This document shows positions 31,594-43,961 of a stretch of 64,000 bases of DNA, piece by piece. Origin of the DNA: an uncultured Flavobacteriaceae bacterium (GTDB lineage: Bacteria; Bacteroidota; Bacteroidia; Flavobacteriales; Flavobacteriaceae); assembly GCA_963779835.1 (NCBI GenBank), contig CAVZZT010000005.1, forward strand, positions 110,747 through 174,746, read 5' to 3'. Made by a program: the position numbers and the translations under genes. Numbering within the stretch: position 1 is the first letter of the stretch; every line of letters begins with the position of its first letter. The notes beneath the pieces are model-generated. The model made no database searches, was not told where the DNA came from, and saw only the letters and a list, made by a program, of their open reading frames with translations.

Positions 31594-31624
31594 ACCCCGC
31601 CGAAAGAGCGAGGTTTTTCAATTC

Positions 31625-33727
31625 TTATTTTTTAATAAAACTTATAGCAGCGCCCCCACCAGGTGCTAACTTAAGATGAATACTGTCTGAAGCCTTCACC
31701 TCAATTTCCCTGATATTGGTAGCTGTAGGATTCTTATCCCAGTGCGCATCTTCCGCATCTTCATAAATTGTTGCAGTATAGGTTGCTCCATCATCCAGAA
31801 AATCCAGTGAAATATCCACTTTCCTCGCATTTTCATCGGTGATACTTCCAAGGAACCAGTTATCGCTATTACGGTCTTGACGTGCAATAGTTACGAAATC
31901 TCCAACCTCCCCGTTTAAGACTTTAGTTTCCTGCCAGTCGGTCACGACATCTCTTATAAACTGAAATTCCTTTTTATCCTTATAATGAGCAGGAAGATCG
32001 GGAACCATCTGTACCGGGCTATAAATAACCACATACAAAGCCAGCTGTTGCGCCAGCGTGGTATTCACCTGATTATCCGGTTTATATTCATCAAATTTAA
32101 TATTAAAGATACCGGGAGTAAAATCTATGGGCCCGGCCAGCATTCTGGTAAAGGCCACTATTGGCAAATGTTCAGGAGGATTCCCTCCATCACTCGCCCA
32201 GGCATTAAATTCCTGACCTCTTAAACCCTCCCTGGCAATAATATTAGGATAAGTCCTCCTTAGTCCGGTAGCTTTGATAGGTTCGTGAGCATTCACTGCA
32301 ACTTCATAATCTGCTCCTTTTATCGCTACATTATTATAGTGATTTACCATCCACTGCCCATGGTGATATTCTCCTTTTGGAATGATCTTTCCCACATATC
32401 CGGATTTCACTACATGCATTCCATATTTCTGCATTAATTTATAGGCTGTATCCAGTTGCTTTTCATAAGTTCTTGGCGCGGCAGACGTTTCGTGATGCAT
32501 CACAATCTCCACTCCTTTGGATTTTCCATATTCAACCACTTCATCCAGATCATAGTCTTCATACGGCGTTACAAAATCAAAGACACCTTCGCGGTCTTCA
32601 AAACCAATCCAGTGTTCCCAGCCCGTATTCCATCCTTCCACCAACATGGCCCCAATACCATTTTCTGCAGAAAAGTCAATTAGCTCCTTGGCACGTTCAG
32701 TAGTTGCACCATGTCTCCCATGAGGCTCACCTACTTTGGTATAGGAATTCATATCCTGACTTCCAATCATATCCCAGGTAGATTTCCCAAGGTGCATTTC
32801 CCACCATATTCCTGAATATTTAGTGGGTTCAAACCAGGGAATATCGCCTAATTTATTTGGCTCATTTAAATTAAGAACCAGTTTGGAATCGATAAGTTCA
32901 GTAGCTTTTTCAGTAATGATCACCATTCGCCACGGAGTGTGGAAAGGAGTTTCTCTTTTTACTTTATAGCCTGTAATTTCTGAACCCACTAGCTCTGTGG
33001 TCAATTTCAAAGTTTCAGGATCTACTTTTAAGGTCATCCCGGCATAATCTATAAGCTGAGCTTCATGTATACTAAGATGATACCCGTCATCAGATTTCAT
33101 AGTTACCGGAGTATTCACGGCATTTTCAGGTATATAGGTATGCTTTCCTAAGTTTGGATTATTTCTTTTTGTAGTGGCGTCTATTTCTGAAACCTTCGTG
33201 GTATTGTATAAATGCTCATAAATATCCCAGTCTCCCGGGATCCAGAATGCTTTATGATCTCCGGTTAGAGCGAACTCGGTGTTTTCATCTGAAATAATCA
33301 CTTCCTTCAGGTTTTCCTGTTCCGGAAATTCATATCTAAAACCAATCCCATCATCATAAGCCCGAAAAACGATCTTAAGACTACGTTCAAGACCTGATTT
33401 TTCTCGAATTTCTACTTCCAGCTGGTTATAATTATTTCTTACTTTCAACTGCTCTCCCCAGGGCATATCCCAGGTATCATCAAAACTTTCCGTTTGATAA
33501 TCTACAATTTCAAAATTATCATTCAAATTCTCCTGCCCCTGTAGATCGAAACCGAGATAGGATTTTGCTAAAACCTCTTTTCCATGGAAATTAACCTCGT
33601 AGTATGGTTTCCCGGAATCGTCCAGCGCAAATTGTATCTGAATATTCCTATCAGGAGAGGAAACAGTTTGTTGAGAAAATATATTGAGACAAAAGAAAAG
33701 GCAGGCCAGAAGGCTGAAATTTTTCAT
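31625..33727 (-). CDS. Glycoside hydrolase family 97 (SusB-like alpha-glucosidase)
   Basis: GIWWEMH, VEGWN, MHHET, VKSGY, EGLRGQE, DFTPG. Confidence 0.95.
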   Translation of the reverse strand: MKNFSLLACLFFCLNIFSQQTVSSPDRNIQIQFALDDSGKPYYEVNFHGKEVLAKSYLGFDLQGQENLNDNFEIVDYQTESFDDTWDMPWGEQLKVRNNYNQLEVEIREKSGLERSLKIVFRAYDDGIGFRYEFPEQENLKEVIISDENTEFALTGDHKAFWIPGDWDIYEHLYNTTKVSEIDATTKRNNPNLGKHTYIPENAVNTPVTMKSDDGYHLSIHEAQLIDYAGMTLKVDPETLKLTTELVGSEITGYKVKRETPFHTPWRMVIITEKATELIDSKLVLNLNEPNKLGDIPWFEPTKYSGIWWEMHLGKSTWDMIGSQDMNSYTKVGEPHGRHGATTERAKELIDFSAENGIGAMLVEGWNTGWEHWIGFEDREGVFDFVTPYEDYDLDEVVEYGKSKGVEIVMHHETSAAPRTYEKQLDTAYKLMQKYGMHVVKSGYVGKIIPKGEYHHGQWMVNHYNNVAIKGADYEVAVNAHEPIKATGLRRTYPNIIAREGLRGQEFNAWASDGGNPPEHLPIVAFTRMLAGPIDFTPGIFNIKFDEYKPDNQVNTTLAQQLALYVVIYSPVQMVPDLPAHYKDKKEFQFIRDVVTDWQETKVLNGEVGDFVTIARQDRNSDNWFLGSITDENARKVDISLDFLDDGATYTATIYEDAEDAHWDKNPTATNIREIEVKASDSIHLKLAPGGGAAISFIKK

Positions 33728-33793
33728 AGCGTGAATTTTTAGAAATTTTTGACTTCAATTTCGTAAAATCTCAGCTAGAAAACAAGTTAAGGT

Positions 33794-35485
33794 TTATACC
33801 GATTCCCTTATATCCTTAAGTTTAAGCTGAATTTTGGTATTTCCGTTCCAGGTATTCTCATCAAGACTATAAACGGCATCAAACTTTTTACCTTCTTTTA
33901 TGATATCTAATTTTGAACCAAGATTAAACCCGATTACATCGAATGCAGGTCCTTCTTCCTGTTTCACCTGACATTTTAGATGGGTTTTATCTTCACCCAC
34001 GCATTTACCGTAACCGGTATCTTTTAAACCCCGACTAATAAAAACCGGAGACATATTACCGGGACCGAAAGGAGCAAATTGCTTTAAGATTCTGTAGAAT
34101 TTGGAAGTGATATCCTTTAAAGAAAGTTCAGCATCTATAGATATTTCAGGAGTAAGCAGATTTCGATCTATAGTTTCTGAAACCACTTCCTCAAATTTTC
34201 TTTTAAAGTTTAAATATTCAGATTCCAGCAAAGTTAATCCTGCGGCGTATTTATGACCACCGAATTGCTCAATATGATCTTTACATCCTTCCAGGGCTTC
34301 ATATACATCGAATCCCTTTACAGACCTGGCTGAAGCCGCCAATCTTTCTCCACTTTTGGTAAAAACAAGGGTTGGTCTGTACCAGGTTTCGGTAAGTCTG
34401 GAAGCTACAATGCCAATCACCCCTTTATGCCAGTTCTCGTCGTAAACTACCGTGGTTAATCGGTCTTCTTCATTTTGTGCGATGATCTGCTGTTTCGCTT
34501 CTTCAGTGATAGATTTGTCAGCGCTTCGCCTATCGGTATTATAGGTCTCAATTTCTTCAGCATATTTAGCGGAAACAGATTCATCTTCTTCCGTTAAAAG
34601 ATTTACGGCATGTAATCCATGCTTCATTCTTCCCGCCGCATTGATGCGCGGAGCAACAATGAATACAACATCGGTGATACTTACATTTTTCTTTTCACCC
34701 AGAAGGCTTTGAATCCCTTTTCTTGGAGCCACGTTAATTACATGAAGTCCATGATATGCCAGAATCCGGTTTTCTCCTGTGATAGGAACAATATCGGCTC
34801 CAATTGCCGTTGCCACAAGGTCCAGGTAAGGCAATAATATTTCTTCAGGTTCATTATTATCTTTTGAAAGTGCCTGGATCAATTTAAAGCCAACGCCACA
34901 ACCACAAAGTTCATCATACGGGTAAGTACAATCTGCACGCTTCGGGTCCAGTACCGCGATAGCTTCAGGAATACTACTTCCAGGCCTGTGGTGGTCACAA
35001 ATAATAAAATCGACACCATTTTCTTTGGCATAAGCTACTTTTTCAATAGCCTTTATTCCGCAGTCCAGAGCAATGATTAAACTAATATCATTATCTGCAG
35101 CGTAATCTATTCCTTTATAAGAAACACCATAACCTTCTTCATAACGATCTGGTATATAGGTGGTCACATTTGGATATCTGAATTTTAAATAGGAAGACAT
35201 CAAAGCGACGCTCGTAGTTCCATCTACATCATAATCGCCATAAACCATGATGTTTTCATCATTCTCTATCGCTGCCTTTATTCTCTCCACTGCTTTGTCC
35301 ATATCTTTCATCAGGAATGGATCGTGCAGGTCTTTAAGCTCAGGGCGAAAGAATTTTTTAGCCTGTTCATAAGTGGTTATACCTCGCTGAACAAGCAATT
35401 TTGCTACCGGAACACCAATTCCCAATTCACTTGCTAAAGTAGTAGCCGTAATAGAGTCGGGTTTGGGTTTTAAGGTCCAGCGCAT
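33794..35485 (-). CDS. recJ: ssDNA exonuclease RecJ
   Basis: YGDYDVDG, DCG, DHH, PRINAAGR, SARS, GGH. Confidence 0.97.
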   Translation of the reverse strand: MRWTLKPKPDSITATTLASELGIGVPVAKLLVQRGITTYEQAKKFFRPELKDLHDPFLMKDMDKAVERIKAAIENDENIMVYGDYDVDGTTSVALMSSYLKFRYPNVTTYIPDRYEEGYGVSYKGIDYAADNDISLIIALDCGIKAIEKVAYAKENGVDFIICDHHRPGSSIPEAIAVLDPKRADCTYPYDELCGCGVGFKLIQALSKDNNEPEEILLPYLDLVATAIGADIVPITGENRILAYHGLHVINVAPRKGIQSLLGEKKNVSITDVVFIVAPRINAAGRMKHGLHAVNLLTEEDESVSAKYAEEIETYNTDRRSADKSITEEAKQQIIAQNEEDRLTTVVYDENWHKGVIGIVASRLTETWYRPTLVFTKSGERLAASARSVKGFDVYEALEGCKDHIEQFGGHKYAAGLTLLESEYLNFKRKFEEVVSETIDRNLLTPEISIDAELSLKDITSKFYRILKQFAPFGPGNMSPVFISRGLKDTGYGKCVGEDKTHLKCQVKQEEGPAFDVIGFNLGSKLDIIKEGKKFDAVYSLDENTWNGNTKIQLKLKDIRESV

Positions 35486-35546
35486 AGTTTATTAAAATTG
35501 AATGAATGTCGAAATTAGTAAAAAACAAGGTACAGGAAATAAATCC

Positions 35547-36134
35547 TTAGCTTAATATTTCAGCAATTTTTTCCTGAAGTTCGGGAACGACCTGCTCTTC
35601 AAACCACGGATTTTTCATCCGCCAAAACCTATTAACTGGCGAAGGATGCGGCAAAGGCCAGAATTCAGGATGATATTCTTTATAATTTTGAACTTTTTCA
35701 GTGAGTTTTGTTTGTTTTCCGAGGTAATAACTGGCAGCATAAGAACCAATAATGATCTTTAGCTTTACATTTTCCATTTCCTGCCAGACTTCCTCATGCC
35801 ATAAGGGAGCACATTCTTTTCTGGGCGGAAGGTCTCCGGTTTTAGCTTTGCCGGGATAACAAAAACCCATGGGCAGGATCGCGAAATTATCAGGGTCGTA
35901 AAAGGTATCTTCATCTACACCCAGCCATTCCCTGAGTTTCTTTCCACTCTGATCTTTCCAGGCAATACCCGATTCGTGCACAACCCGCCCCGGCGCCTGA
36001 CTTATCAAAACGATCTTAGAGTTTATTGTAGCTTCAATAATCGGGTTCGGACCAAGAGGCAAATGCTCTGCACAAACTTTACAATCTCTTATTTTGCATA
36101 AAAGATCTTCCAAATTCTTAGGATTTTCCTTCAA
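35547..36134 (-). CDS. Uracil-DNA glycosylase family protein
   Basis: SQAPG, FCYPG, LPHPSP. Confidence 0.9.
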   Translation of the reverse strand: MKENPKNLEDLLCKIRDCKVCAEHLPLGPNPIIEATINSKIVLISQAPGRVVHESGIAWKDQSGKKLREWLGVDEDTFYDPDNFAILPMGFCYPGKAKTGDLPPRKECAPLWHEEVWQEMENVKLKIIIGSYAASYYLGKQTKLTEKVQNYKEYHPEFWPLPHPSPVNRFWRMKNPWFEEQVVPELQEKIAEILS

Positions 36135-36789
36135 CCACGATCACGATCTCTCCTTTTGGTGGCTTATCGGTATAATGTTGTAAAACCTCAACCGAGGTCC
36201 CTCTTATTGTTTCTTCGTGTAGTTTGGTGATCTCCCTGGAAACCGAAATCCTTCTTTCTTCACCAAAATATTCCACAAAATTCCCAAGGGTTTTAATAAG
36301 CTTATGGGGCGATTCATAAAAAATCATGGTTCTGCTCTCTTCAGCAAGGATTTTCAAACGGGTTTGCCTTCCCTTTTTTACCGGAAGAAATCCTTCAAAA
36401 ACGAATTTATCATTGGGAAGTCCGCTATTCACAAGTGCAGGAACAAATGCCGTTGCACCTGGAAGACAATCTACTTCAACACCAGCTTCCACACAGGCCC
36501 TGGTAAGCAAAAATCCGGGATCTGAAATCGCCGGAGTTCCCGCATCACTAATCAACGCTATGGTTTCACCAGCCTGTATCCTGGAAACAATATTATCTAC
36601 TGTTTTATGCTCATTATGCATATGATGACTATGCATTTGCGTAGCAATATCGAAATGCTTCAGGAGCTTTCCACTGTTCCGGGTATCTTCAGCCAGAATA
36701 AGATCGGCTTCCTTCAAAACCTTTACGGCTCTAAAAGTCATATCCTCCAGGTTCCCTATTGGAGTTGGAACCAGAAAAAGTTTTCCCAT
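36118..36789 (-). CDS. rsmI: 16S rRNA C1402 2'-O-methyltransferase
   Basis: VPTPIGNLED, AEDTR, SDAGTPAISDPG, YESPH. Confidence 0.96.
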   Translation of the reverse strand: MGKLFLVPTPIGNLEDMTFRAVKVLKEADLILAEDTRNSGKLLKHFDIATQMHSHHMHNEHKTVDNIVSRIQAGETIALISDAGTPAISDPGFLLTRACVEAGVEVDCLPGATAFVPALVNSGLPNDKFVFEGFLPVKKGRQTRLKILAEESRTMIFYESPHKLIKTLGNFVEYFGEERRISVSREITKLHEETIRGTSVEVLQHYTDKPPKGEIVIVVEGKS

Positions 36790-36801
36790 AAAGACCTTTT
36801 G

Positions 36802-37539
36802 TTAATTGCTGAATTTATTCTCAATATGAGCCATAAAACGCTCTTCGTACTCCTCTTTTCCTTCCCAGTGATTATAGTCTGGTTTCACCACTTTATCTAT
36901 AAATTTCCTTGCTTCTTCAAGGCTGGTGAAGGTGTTCAATTGAGAAAGGACCCTGTTATAATCGGCAGTATTCCCACCAAAAAGATGTTTTATATATGCA
37001 AGGCGTTCATTAAGACCAATATTGATCCCCTTTTTCAGCCTGTCGTTTAAAGACCTTGGCTTACTTGTTTTTTCCACATGATTTACCGGCTCAAAATCCG
37101 GAAGGTTATCATAGTCTACACCAATATTTCTAAAATCCTTTTTTTCTTGCTTCGGTTCAGGTGATTTAGGAGTTTCGGGCGCAGCATTTATCTGGCTCAT
37201 CATGGAATCCACTCTTTCAGCTTCAGGAGGCATTTGCGCTACAATATCCTTGATCTTTTCGGTATTTGGTTCTGTAATAGCATCAGAGTCCTCGTTATAC
37301 TCGGTCCCATCAGGATAAAACTCATCGTAAGAAACTTTTTTAGCTTTTTTCGGAACAGGCGCTTCAGCAACTGCTTCGCTTTTATCTTCCTGAAGATGTT
37401 TTTCCGTAAAAGCTAATACAGTAAGTTTTTCGTAAAGATTTTTCGCGTTTTCCTTTAATCCGTTCGCATCCAATTTACCTTTATTCTGAATGATATTTTC
37501 AGCAATTCGAATGAGATCAGCCTCGATTTTCTTTTTCAT
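36802..37539 (-). CDS. Conserved Flavobacteria hypothetical protein
   Basis: 245 aa ORF, C-terminal SLNDRL...IGLNER...YNRVLSQLN. Confidence 0.8.
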   Translation of the reverse strand: MKKKIEADLIRIAENIIQNKGKLDANGLKENAKNLYEKLTVLAFTEKHLQEDKSEAVAEAPVPKKAKKVSYDEFYPDGTEYNEDSDAITEPNTEKIKDIVAQMPPEAERVDSMMSQINAAPETPKSPEPKQEKKDFRNIGVDYDNLPDFEPVNHVEKTSKPRSLNDRLKKGINIGLNERLAYIKHLFGGNTADYNRVLSQLNTFTSLEEARKFIDKVVKPDYNHWEGKEEYEERFMAHIENKFSN

Positions 37540-37640
37540 AACTTTAAAGATTCGCCCTTTCCCAGGGTTGTATTTTTAATAAATTTGTTCCACCTTTATG
37601 CGAAAGAGGTATTTCCCCGTTTCGATTTGAAAAATACAAA

Positions 37641-38288
37641 ATGTTTCTCGAAAATACAGTAAATCACGAAGAGCAATTTGGCTGGATTGAGGTTATTTGC
37701 GGCTCTATGTTTTCCGGAAAAACGGAAGAGCTTATCCGCAGACTCAAACGTGCGAAATTTGCAAAACAGAACGTAGAGATCTTTAAACCCGCCATAGACA
37801 CTCGTTATGACGAAGAAATGGTGGTGTCTCATGATTCTAATGAAATACGTTCGACCCCGGTTCCTTCAGCTTCAAATATTCGTCTTCTCGCAGATGGCTG
37901 TGATGTAGTAGGAATTGATGAAGCCCAGTTTTTTGATGATGAGATCGTAACTGTTTGCAACGACCTTGCAAATAGAGGGGTACGCGTAATCGTAGCCGGC
38001 CTGGACATGGATTTTAAAGGAAATCCTTTTGGACCCATGCCTAATTTAATGGCAACTGCGGAATATGTTACCAAAGTACACGCGGTTTGCACCAGAACCG
38101 GAAATCTGGCCCAGTTCAGTTACCGGAAAGCCATTAATGATGATCTTGTATTCCTTGGTGAAACTGAAGAATATGAACCTTTAAGTCGTGCTGCCTATTA
38201 TAAAGCCATGCTTCGCGAAAGGGTTAAGAAGCTGGATGTGAATGATGCCGAAGAGTTGAATGAAAAACCCAAACAAGAAAATGCCTGA
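37641..38288 (+). CDS. tdk: Thymidine kinase
   Basis: [25 protein letters not shown]. Confidence 0.97.
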   Translation: MFLENTVNHEEQFGWIEVICGSMFSGKTEELIRRLKRAKFAKQNVEIFKPAIDTRYDEEMVVSHDSNEIRSTPVPSASNIRLLADGCDVVGIDEAQFFDDEIVTVCNDLANRGVRVIVAGLDMDFKGNPFGPMPNLMATAEYVTKVHAVCTRTGNLAQFSYRKAINDDLVFLGETEEYEPLSRAAYYKAMLRERVKKLDVNDAEELNEKPKQENA

Positions 38289-39390
38289 AGCCAAAGAAAC
38301 CGTACTGGAAATAAATCTTGGAAACCTGGCTCATAATTATCGTTTTTTACGATCTAAAATAGATAAGGACGTGAAATTCCTTTCCGTTGTGAAAGCTCAT
38401 GCTTACGGAAGTGATTCTGTAGCGATCGCCAATAAACTGGAAGAGCTGGGTACAGATTATTTCGCGGTTGCTTATGTAGAAGAAGGCGTTAGGCTTAGAG
38501 AAAATGGTATTACAAAGCCAATTTTAGTGCTTCATCCTCAATTCACACATTTTGAAGAGATCATAGAACATTGTCTTGAACCTAATCTCTACAGCCAAAG
38601 AACCCTTGAATCTTTTATTTCTGTTGCGGATAAACTGAATCAGAAAAACTATCCGGTCCATATAAAACTGAATACGGGTCTTAACCGCCTTGGTTTTGAT
38701 CAGCCTGAAATTCCAAAGGTTTTGGAAACAATTCAAAACACAGGAAGTGTAAAGGTTGCTTCCGTCTTTTCGCATCTTGCGGCAAGTGAGGACTGGCAGG
38801 AAAGAGAATTTACGCTTGGGCAGATAGATCTTTTCAGAAAAATGAGCTGGCAGCTTATTGAAAATCTTGGTTACGAACCATTACTTCATATATGTAATAC
38901 TTCCGGATTGATCAATTATCCAAAAGCGCAATTCAGTATGGTTCGTACAGGAATTGGACTTTATGGTTATGGAAATGACAAAACCATAGATCCCGAACTA
39001 AAACCTGTAAGCAAACTAAAAACGATCCTCTCCCAGATTAGAAGTCTGGATAAAGGAGATACGGTTGGTTATAACCGTGCATTTAAAGTTGAAAAACCCA
39101 GCAAGATCGCCACTATTCCTGTAGGTCATGCCGACGGCATTAATAGAATCTACGGAAAGCAAAAAGCAGGAGTTTATGTGAATGGTAAATTTGCTCCTAT
39201 CGTTGGGAATATTTGTATGGACATCATCATGATCGATGTTACCGGTATAGATTGTGAGGAAGGTGACGAAGTGATCATTTTTGGTGGACCACAGCATCCC
39301 GTAGCTTTTGCTGAGGCAGGAGGAACCATTTCCTATGAACTGATCACAGGTATACAGCGCCGCGTGACCCGAAAAATCATTCCTGAGTAA
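38281..39390 (+). CDS. alr: Alanine racemase (ATG at 38281 preferred over 38260)
   Basis: [11 protein letters not shown] lysine, [20 protein letters not shown]. Confidence 0.95.
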   Translation: MPEAKETVLEINLGNLAHNYRFLRSKIDKDVKFLSVVKAHAYGSDSVAIANKLEELGTDYFAVAYVEEGVRLRENGITKPILVLHPQFTHFEEIIEHCLEPNLYSQRTLESFISVADKLNQKNYPVHIKLNTGLNRLGFDQPEIPKVLETIQNTGSVKVASVFSHLAASEDWQEREFTLGQIDLFRKMSWQLIENLGYEPLLHICNTSGLINYPKAQFSMVRTGIGLYGYGNDKTIDPELKPVSKLKTILSQIRSLDKGDTVGYNRAFKVEKPSKIATIPVGHADGINRIYGKQKAGVYVNGKFAPIVGNICMDIIMIDVTGIDCEEGDEVIIFGGPQHPVAFAEAGGTISYELITGIQRRVTRKIIPE

Positions 39391-39442
39391 AAATTAGATT
39401 TTTTATATAAATTAGCCTAAACTAACTTCTAATCAATTTTTT

Positions 39443-39871
39443 ATGGGCTTTTTCTCAGATTTCAAGACTTTCCTTTTTCAAAAAGATATCGTAATGCTAG
39501 CCACTGCCGTGGTAATTGGAGCAGCATTCAACAAGATCGTAACTTCAGTGGTGAATGATGTTATCATGCCATTAATAGGAATATTTACCGGTGGAATAGA
39601 TTTTTCACAAAAGTTCTTTGCGCTAGATGGTAAACATTATGAAAGTCTGGATGTTGCCAGGGAAGCTGAAGCAGCAGTGATCACCTATGGTAATCTTATT
39701 CAGGCCATTATCTATTTTATTATTATCGGTTTTTTTATATTTTTGGTTTTGAGGTCTTACGAGAAAACCAAGAAAAAAGAAAATGTAGAAGAAGCACCGG
39801 CTCCAAAAGGACCGACTCAGGAAGAGATCTTACTGGAGATAAGAGACGAATTAAGAAAAAAGAATATTTAA
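39443..39871 (+). CDS. mscL: Large-conductance mechanosensitive channel
   Basis: [23 protein letters not shown]. Confidence 0.95.
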   Translation: MGFFSDFKTFLFQKDIVMLATAVVIGAAFNKIVTSVVNDVIMPLIGIFTGGIDFSQKFFALDGKHYESLDVAREAEAAVITYGNLIQAIIYFIIIGFFIFLVLRSYEKTKKKENVEEAPAPKGPTQEEILLEIRDELRKKNI

Positions 39872-39909
39872 GAAGTACGCTTACCGCTACACTATTCATT
39901 TTTAATCAT

Positions 39910-39940
39910 AAACCCCTGGCAAAACCAGGGGTCTTTTTTT
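39910..39940 (+). terminator. Terminator after mscL
   Basis: ACCCCTGG/CCAGGGGT stem followed by T-tract. Confidence 0.8.
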
Positions 39941-40060
39941 AACAAAATGAATAAATGCGTGCAAATTTTCACAAACAAAGGAATTTTTTTGTTCTAAACT
40001 CATTAGGTTTATATGCAACTAATACCTTTGCAATCAAATTTTTAAAAATTAGCAAGTAAT

Positions 40061-41050
40061 ATGAAAGTAGCTGTTGTTGGAGCCACCGGAATGGTTGGAA
40101 GCGTAATGCTAAAAGTCCTTGAAGAAAGAAATTTCCCGTTAACTGAGCTCATTCCTGTAGCTTCAGAAAAATCTGTAGGAAAAAAGATCAAATTCAAAGA
40201 TAAAGAATATGAAGTGGTAAGCCTGGACACGGCAGTTTCCATGAAACCGGAGATCGCTCTATTTTCTGCTGGCGGAGATACTTCGCTGGAATGGGCTCCA
40301 AAATTTGCTGAAGCGGGAACAACAGTAATCGATAATTCTTCGGCATGGAGGATGAATCCCGAAAATAAACTGATCATCCCGGAGATCAATGCAAATCTCC
40401 TCAGAAAAACTGATAAGATCATTGCCAATCCTAACTGTTCTACTATTCAGCTATTAATGGCTTTAAAGCCGCTTCATGATGCCTACACTATAAAAAGAGT
40501 GGTGGTTTCAACGTACCAGTCGATCACCGGAACCGGCGTAAAAGCAGTTAGACAGTTGGAAAATGAATATGCGGGTGAAAATGGAGAAATGGCCTATCCT
40601 TATCCTATTCATAGAAATGCATTGCCGCATTGTGATGTTTTTCAGGAAAACGGCTACACCAAAGAAGAAATGAAACTTACCAATGAAACGAAAAAAATAC
40701 TTGGGGACGATTCAGTCAATCTTACGGCGACAGCCATTAGAATTCCTGTGGTTGGAGGCCATTCAGAATCTGTGAATATTGAATTCAGCAAAGACTTTGA
40801 GGAAGGAGATGTGAGAAAACTGCTTAGTGATTTCCCAGGAATCACGGTTCAGGATAATCCTGCCGTAAATACATATCCAATGCCGATTTATGCCGAGGGA
40901 AAAGACGATGTTTTTGTTGGGAGAATAAGACGTGACCATTCACAAGCCAACACTTTAAATATGTGGATCGTTGCAGATAATCTTCGAAAAGGGGCGGCAA
41001 CAAACGCCGTACAAATTGCAGAATACCTGATTAAAAATCAGTTAGTATAA
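40061..41050 (+). CDS. asd: Aspartate-semialdehyde dehydrogenase
   Basis: VGATGMVG, NPNCST, DNLRKGAA. Confidence 0.97.
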   Translation: MKVAVVGATGMVGSVMLKVLEERNFPLTELIPVASEKSVGKKIKFKDKEYEVVSLDTAVSMKPEIALFSAGGDTSLEWAPKFAEAGTTVIDNSSAWRMNPENKLIIPEINANLLRKTDKIIANPNCSTIQLLMALKPLHDAYTIKRVVVSTYQSITGTGVKAVRQLENEYAGENGEMAYPYPIHRNALPHCDVFQENGYTKEEMKLTNETKKILGDDSVNLTATAIRIPVVGGHSESVNIEFSKDFEEGDVRKLLSDFPGITVQDNPAVNTYPMPIYAEGKDDVFVGRIRRDHSQANTLNMWIVADNLRKGAATNAVQIAEYLIKNQLV

Positions 41051-41138
41051 AAAAATCAAATATTTCAATATCTTTAAGAGCCTGAAAAAAGTTATTTTCA
41101 GGCTCTTTTATATTAATTATTGATAAAAATCTGCTTAA

Positions 41139-43289
41139 ATGAAAAAAATAATGCCCGGGGTTTTATGCTTAAGTCTTTTTGCTTATAGTATGACCGCAAA
41201 TAGCCAAAACCAAGAAGAATTGAACTATCCTGAAACTAAAAAAGTTGATACTGTTACCGATTACTTCGGAACAAAAGTGAAAGACCCTTATCGCTGGCTG
41301 GAAGATGACCGTAGCGAAGAAACAGAAAACTGGGTAAAAGCTGAAAACAAGGTTACTTTTAATTATCTGGAGAAAATCCCATACAGAGATAAGCTAAAAC
41401 AAAGACTTACTGAATTGTGGGACTATGAGAAATTAAGCGCTCCCTTTACCGAAGGAGATTACATTTATTTCTTTAAAAACGATGGATTACAGAACCAAAG
41501 TGTGATGTATCGCAAAAAAGGAGAGGATGGAAAAGCTGAAGTTTTCCTTGACCCTAATAAATTTAGCGAAGACGGAACTACCTCTCTGGGCGGATTAAGT
41601 TTTTCTAAAGACGGGAAGACACTCGCTTATGCAATTTCAGAAGGAGGAAGTGACTGGAGGAAAATAATCGTGATGAATGCTGAAAACAATGAAATTCTGG
41701 GAGACACTATTCGCGATGTAAAATTCAGTGGGATGTCATGGAAAGGAAACGATGGTTTTTACTATTCCAGCTACGACAAACCGGATGGGAGTGAACTTTC
41801 AGCTAAAACCGATCAGCATAAATTGTATTATCACAAATTAGGAACAGCTCAGTCTGAAGACAAAGTGATCTTCGGCGAAACTCCTGAGCAGAAACATAGA
41901 TATGTTGGTGGAAGTGTTACCGAAGACGACCATTTTCTAACTATTTCTGCAAGAAATTCGACTTCAGGAGGAAAATTATTCCTGATGGATCTCACCAAAG
42001 AAGATCCTGAATTAGTGACCATTCTAGACAATGAAGATACAGATTCTTATGTATTAAAAAATGACGGCACCAAATTGTTTATAGTTACTAACCTTGATGC
42101 ACCAAATAAAAGGGTGGTAAGTGTTGACGCTTCTAATCCAACCCCAGAGAACTGGGAAGATTTTATTCCGGAAACTGAAAACGTTTTGAGTCCTTCTACC
42201 GGAGGTGGCGATTTCTTTGCGGAATATATGGTTGATGCAATTTCTCAGGTTAAACAATATGATTCAGAAGGAAAACTGATCAGAGAAATTGAACTTCCCG
42301 GGATTGGTTCCGCAGGAGGTTTTGGAGCAAAAGAGGAAGAAGATGTTCTTTATTATTCTTTTACAAACTATGTGACTCCGGGAACTATTTATAAGTACAA
42401 TATTGAAGAAGGAACTTCCGAAGTATATAATAAACCAAACATCGACTTTAATCCTGAAAACTATACAAGCGAGCAGGTTTTCTATAATTCAAAGGACGGG
42501 ACCAAGATCCCGATGATCATCACTTATAAAAAAGGAACAGAACTAAATGGAAAGAATCCAACGATCCTTTACGGTTATGGAGGATTCAACATTAGTTTAA
42601 CTCCTGGATTCAGCACTGCTATGAGCGTATGGCTGGAACAGGGAGGCGTTTATGCAGTTCCAAACCTTAGAGGTGGTGGAGAATATGGAAGAGAATGGCA
42701 TGATGCAGGTATCAAGATGAAAAAGCAAAATGTATTTGATGATTTCATCGCTGCAGCCGAATACCTGATCGATAACAATTACACTTCTAAAGATTATCTA
42801 GCGATTCGCGGTGGATCTAACGGAGGATTGCTTGTAGGAGCCACCATGACTCAGCGTCCCGATCTTATGAAGGTTGCGCTTCCGGCTGTGGGGGTAATGG
42901 ATATGCTACGCTATCATACTTTCACTGCAGGAGCAGGATGGGCTTATGATTATGGAACTTCAGAAGACAGTAAAGAAATGTTTGAATATATCTATGATTA
43001 TTCCCCGGTTCATAATGTAGAAGAAGGAGTAGAATATCCGGCAACTATGGTTACTACTGGAGATCATGATGATCGTGTCGTGCCAGCGCATTCCTTTAAA
43101 TTCGCTGCCGAATTGCAGGAAAAACATGCCGGTAATGAGCCTGTTTTAATTAGAATTGAGACCAAAGCAGGACATGGTGCAGGTAAACCAACCAGCATGA
43201 TCATCGAGGAATATGCAGATATTTTTGGCTTTACTCTTTATAACATGGGATTTAAAGAATTACCGAACGAGATAAACAACGAGGGGTAA
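41139..43289 (+). CDS. Prolyl oligopeptidase (S9A), secreted
   Basis: DPYRWLE, GGSNGG, DDRV, AGHG; signal peptide. Confidence 0.96.
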   Translation: MKKIMPGVLCLSLFAYSMTANSQNQEELNYPETKKVDTVTDYFGTKVKDPYRWLEDDRSEETENWVKAENKVTFNYLEKIPYRDKLKQRLTELWDYEKLSAPFTEGDYIYFFKNDGLQNQSVMYRKKGEDGKAEVFLDPNKFSEDGTTSLGGLSFSKDGKTLAYAISEGGSDWRKIIVMNAENNEILGDTIRDVKFSGMSWKGNDGFYYSSYDKPDGSELSAKTDQHKLYYHKLGTAQSEDKVIFGETPEQKHRYVGGSVTEDDHFLTISARNSTSGGKLFLMDLTKEDPELVTILDNEDTDSYVLKNDGTKLFIVTNLDAPNKRVVSVDASNPTPENWEDFIPETENVLSPSTGGGDFFAEYMVDAISQVKQYDSEGKLIREIELPGIGSAGGFGAKEEEDVLYYSFTNYVTPGTIYKYNIEEGTSEVYNKPNIDFNPENYTSEQVFYNSKDGTKIPMIITYKKGTELNGKNPTILYGYGGFNISLTPGFSTAMSVWLEQGGVYAVPNLRGGGEYGREWHDAGIKMKKQNVFDDFIAAAEYLIDNNYTSKDYLAIRGGSNGGLLVGATMTQRPDLMKVALPAVGVMDMLRYHTFTAGAGWAYDYGTSEDSKEMFEYIYDYSPVHNVEEGVEYPATMVTTGDHDDRVVPAHSFKFAAELQEKHAGNEPVLIRIETKAGHGAGKPTSMIIEEYADIFGFTLYNMGFKELPNEINNEG

Positions 43290-43315
43290 TCTCGGGATTA
43301 ACAATCTTTCACAAG

Positions 43316-43352
43316 AAAAAGCTGTCTGGAATAAAATTTCAGACGGCTTTTT
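43316..43352. terminator. Bidirectional terminator
   Basis: AAAAAGCTGTCTG/CAGACGGCTTTTT between convergent genes. Confidence 0.8.
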
Positions 43353-43961
43353 TTATTCCTTATCTGATTCTGTGACAAGTTCTATGCTATCACCGTTAAG
43401 AAAATATCCTTTTTCCGCAAGGAATAGAATTTCTTCCTTATCGTCTGAATAGGCCTCCACAATTTGATAATTCCCTCCAGTATCTTCTTCAAGCCTTCTA
43501 ACCTTCTCCTTATCGTTACAGGCCTTACCTATCACTTTATAATTTCCATCAGTATATTCGGTTCTTGTCCCCATTACTTTTACCGGCAATAATTCTTCAA
43601 GGTATTTGGTATAAACCTCAAATCCACCCGTTATCAAATAAACCTTTATCCCATCCTCATGAAATTTTGTAATATCATCTATCATATTACTTCGGAATTG
43701 ATCGGGAAATTCCATTTCCCAAAATTGGCGGGCATATTTTCTTACTGTTTCAGGATTCAGCCCCTTTAAATAATTATAAAAGTTTTCCTTGAATTCAGTT
43801 TTAGTGATCAACCTTAACTTTCCCATGGATTTATACCATCCGAGTTCGATGAGATTTAGGAGTTTGTAATTCCTTTTATAGCAAATGAATTTGAAAAATT
43901 CATCTTTCGATGATTTCCTGTAAAGCGTTTTATTGAGATCATAAACGGCAACTTTCAACAT
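43353..43961 (-). CDS. HAD-IB family hydrolase-like protein
   Basis: YDLNKTL (variant of DxDxT), ITGG, K, YSDD. Confidence 0.8.
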   Translation of the reverse strand: MLKVAVYDLNKTLYRKSSKDEFFKFICYKRNYKLLNLIELGWYKSMGKLRLITKTEFKENFYNYLKGLNPETVRKYARQFWEMEFPDQFRSNMIDDITKFHEDGIKVYLITGGFEVYTKYLEELLPVKVMGTRTEYTDGNYKVIGKACNDKEKVRRLEEDTGGNYQIVEAYSDDKEEILFLAEKGYFLNGDSIELVTESDKE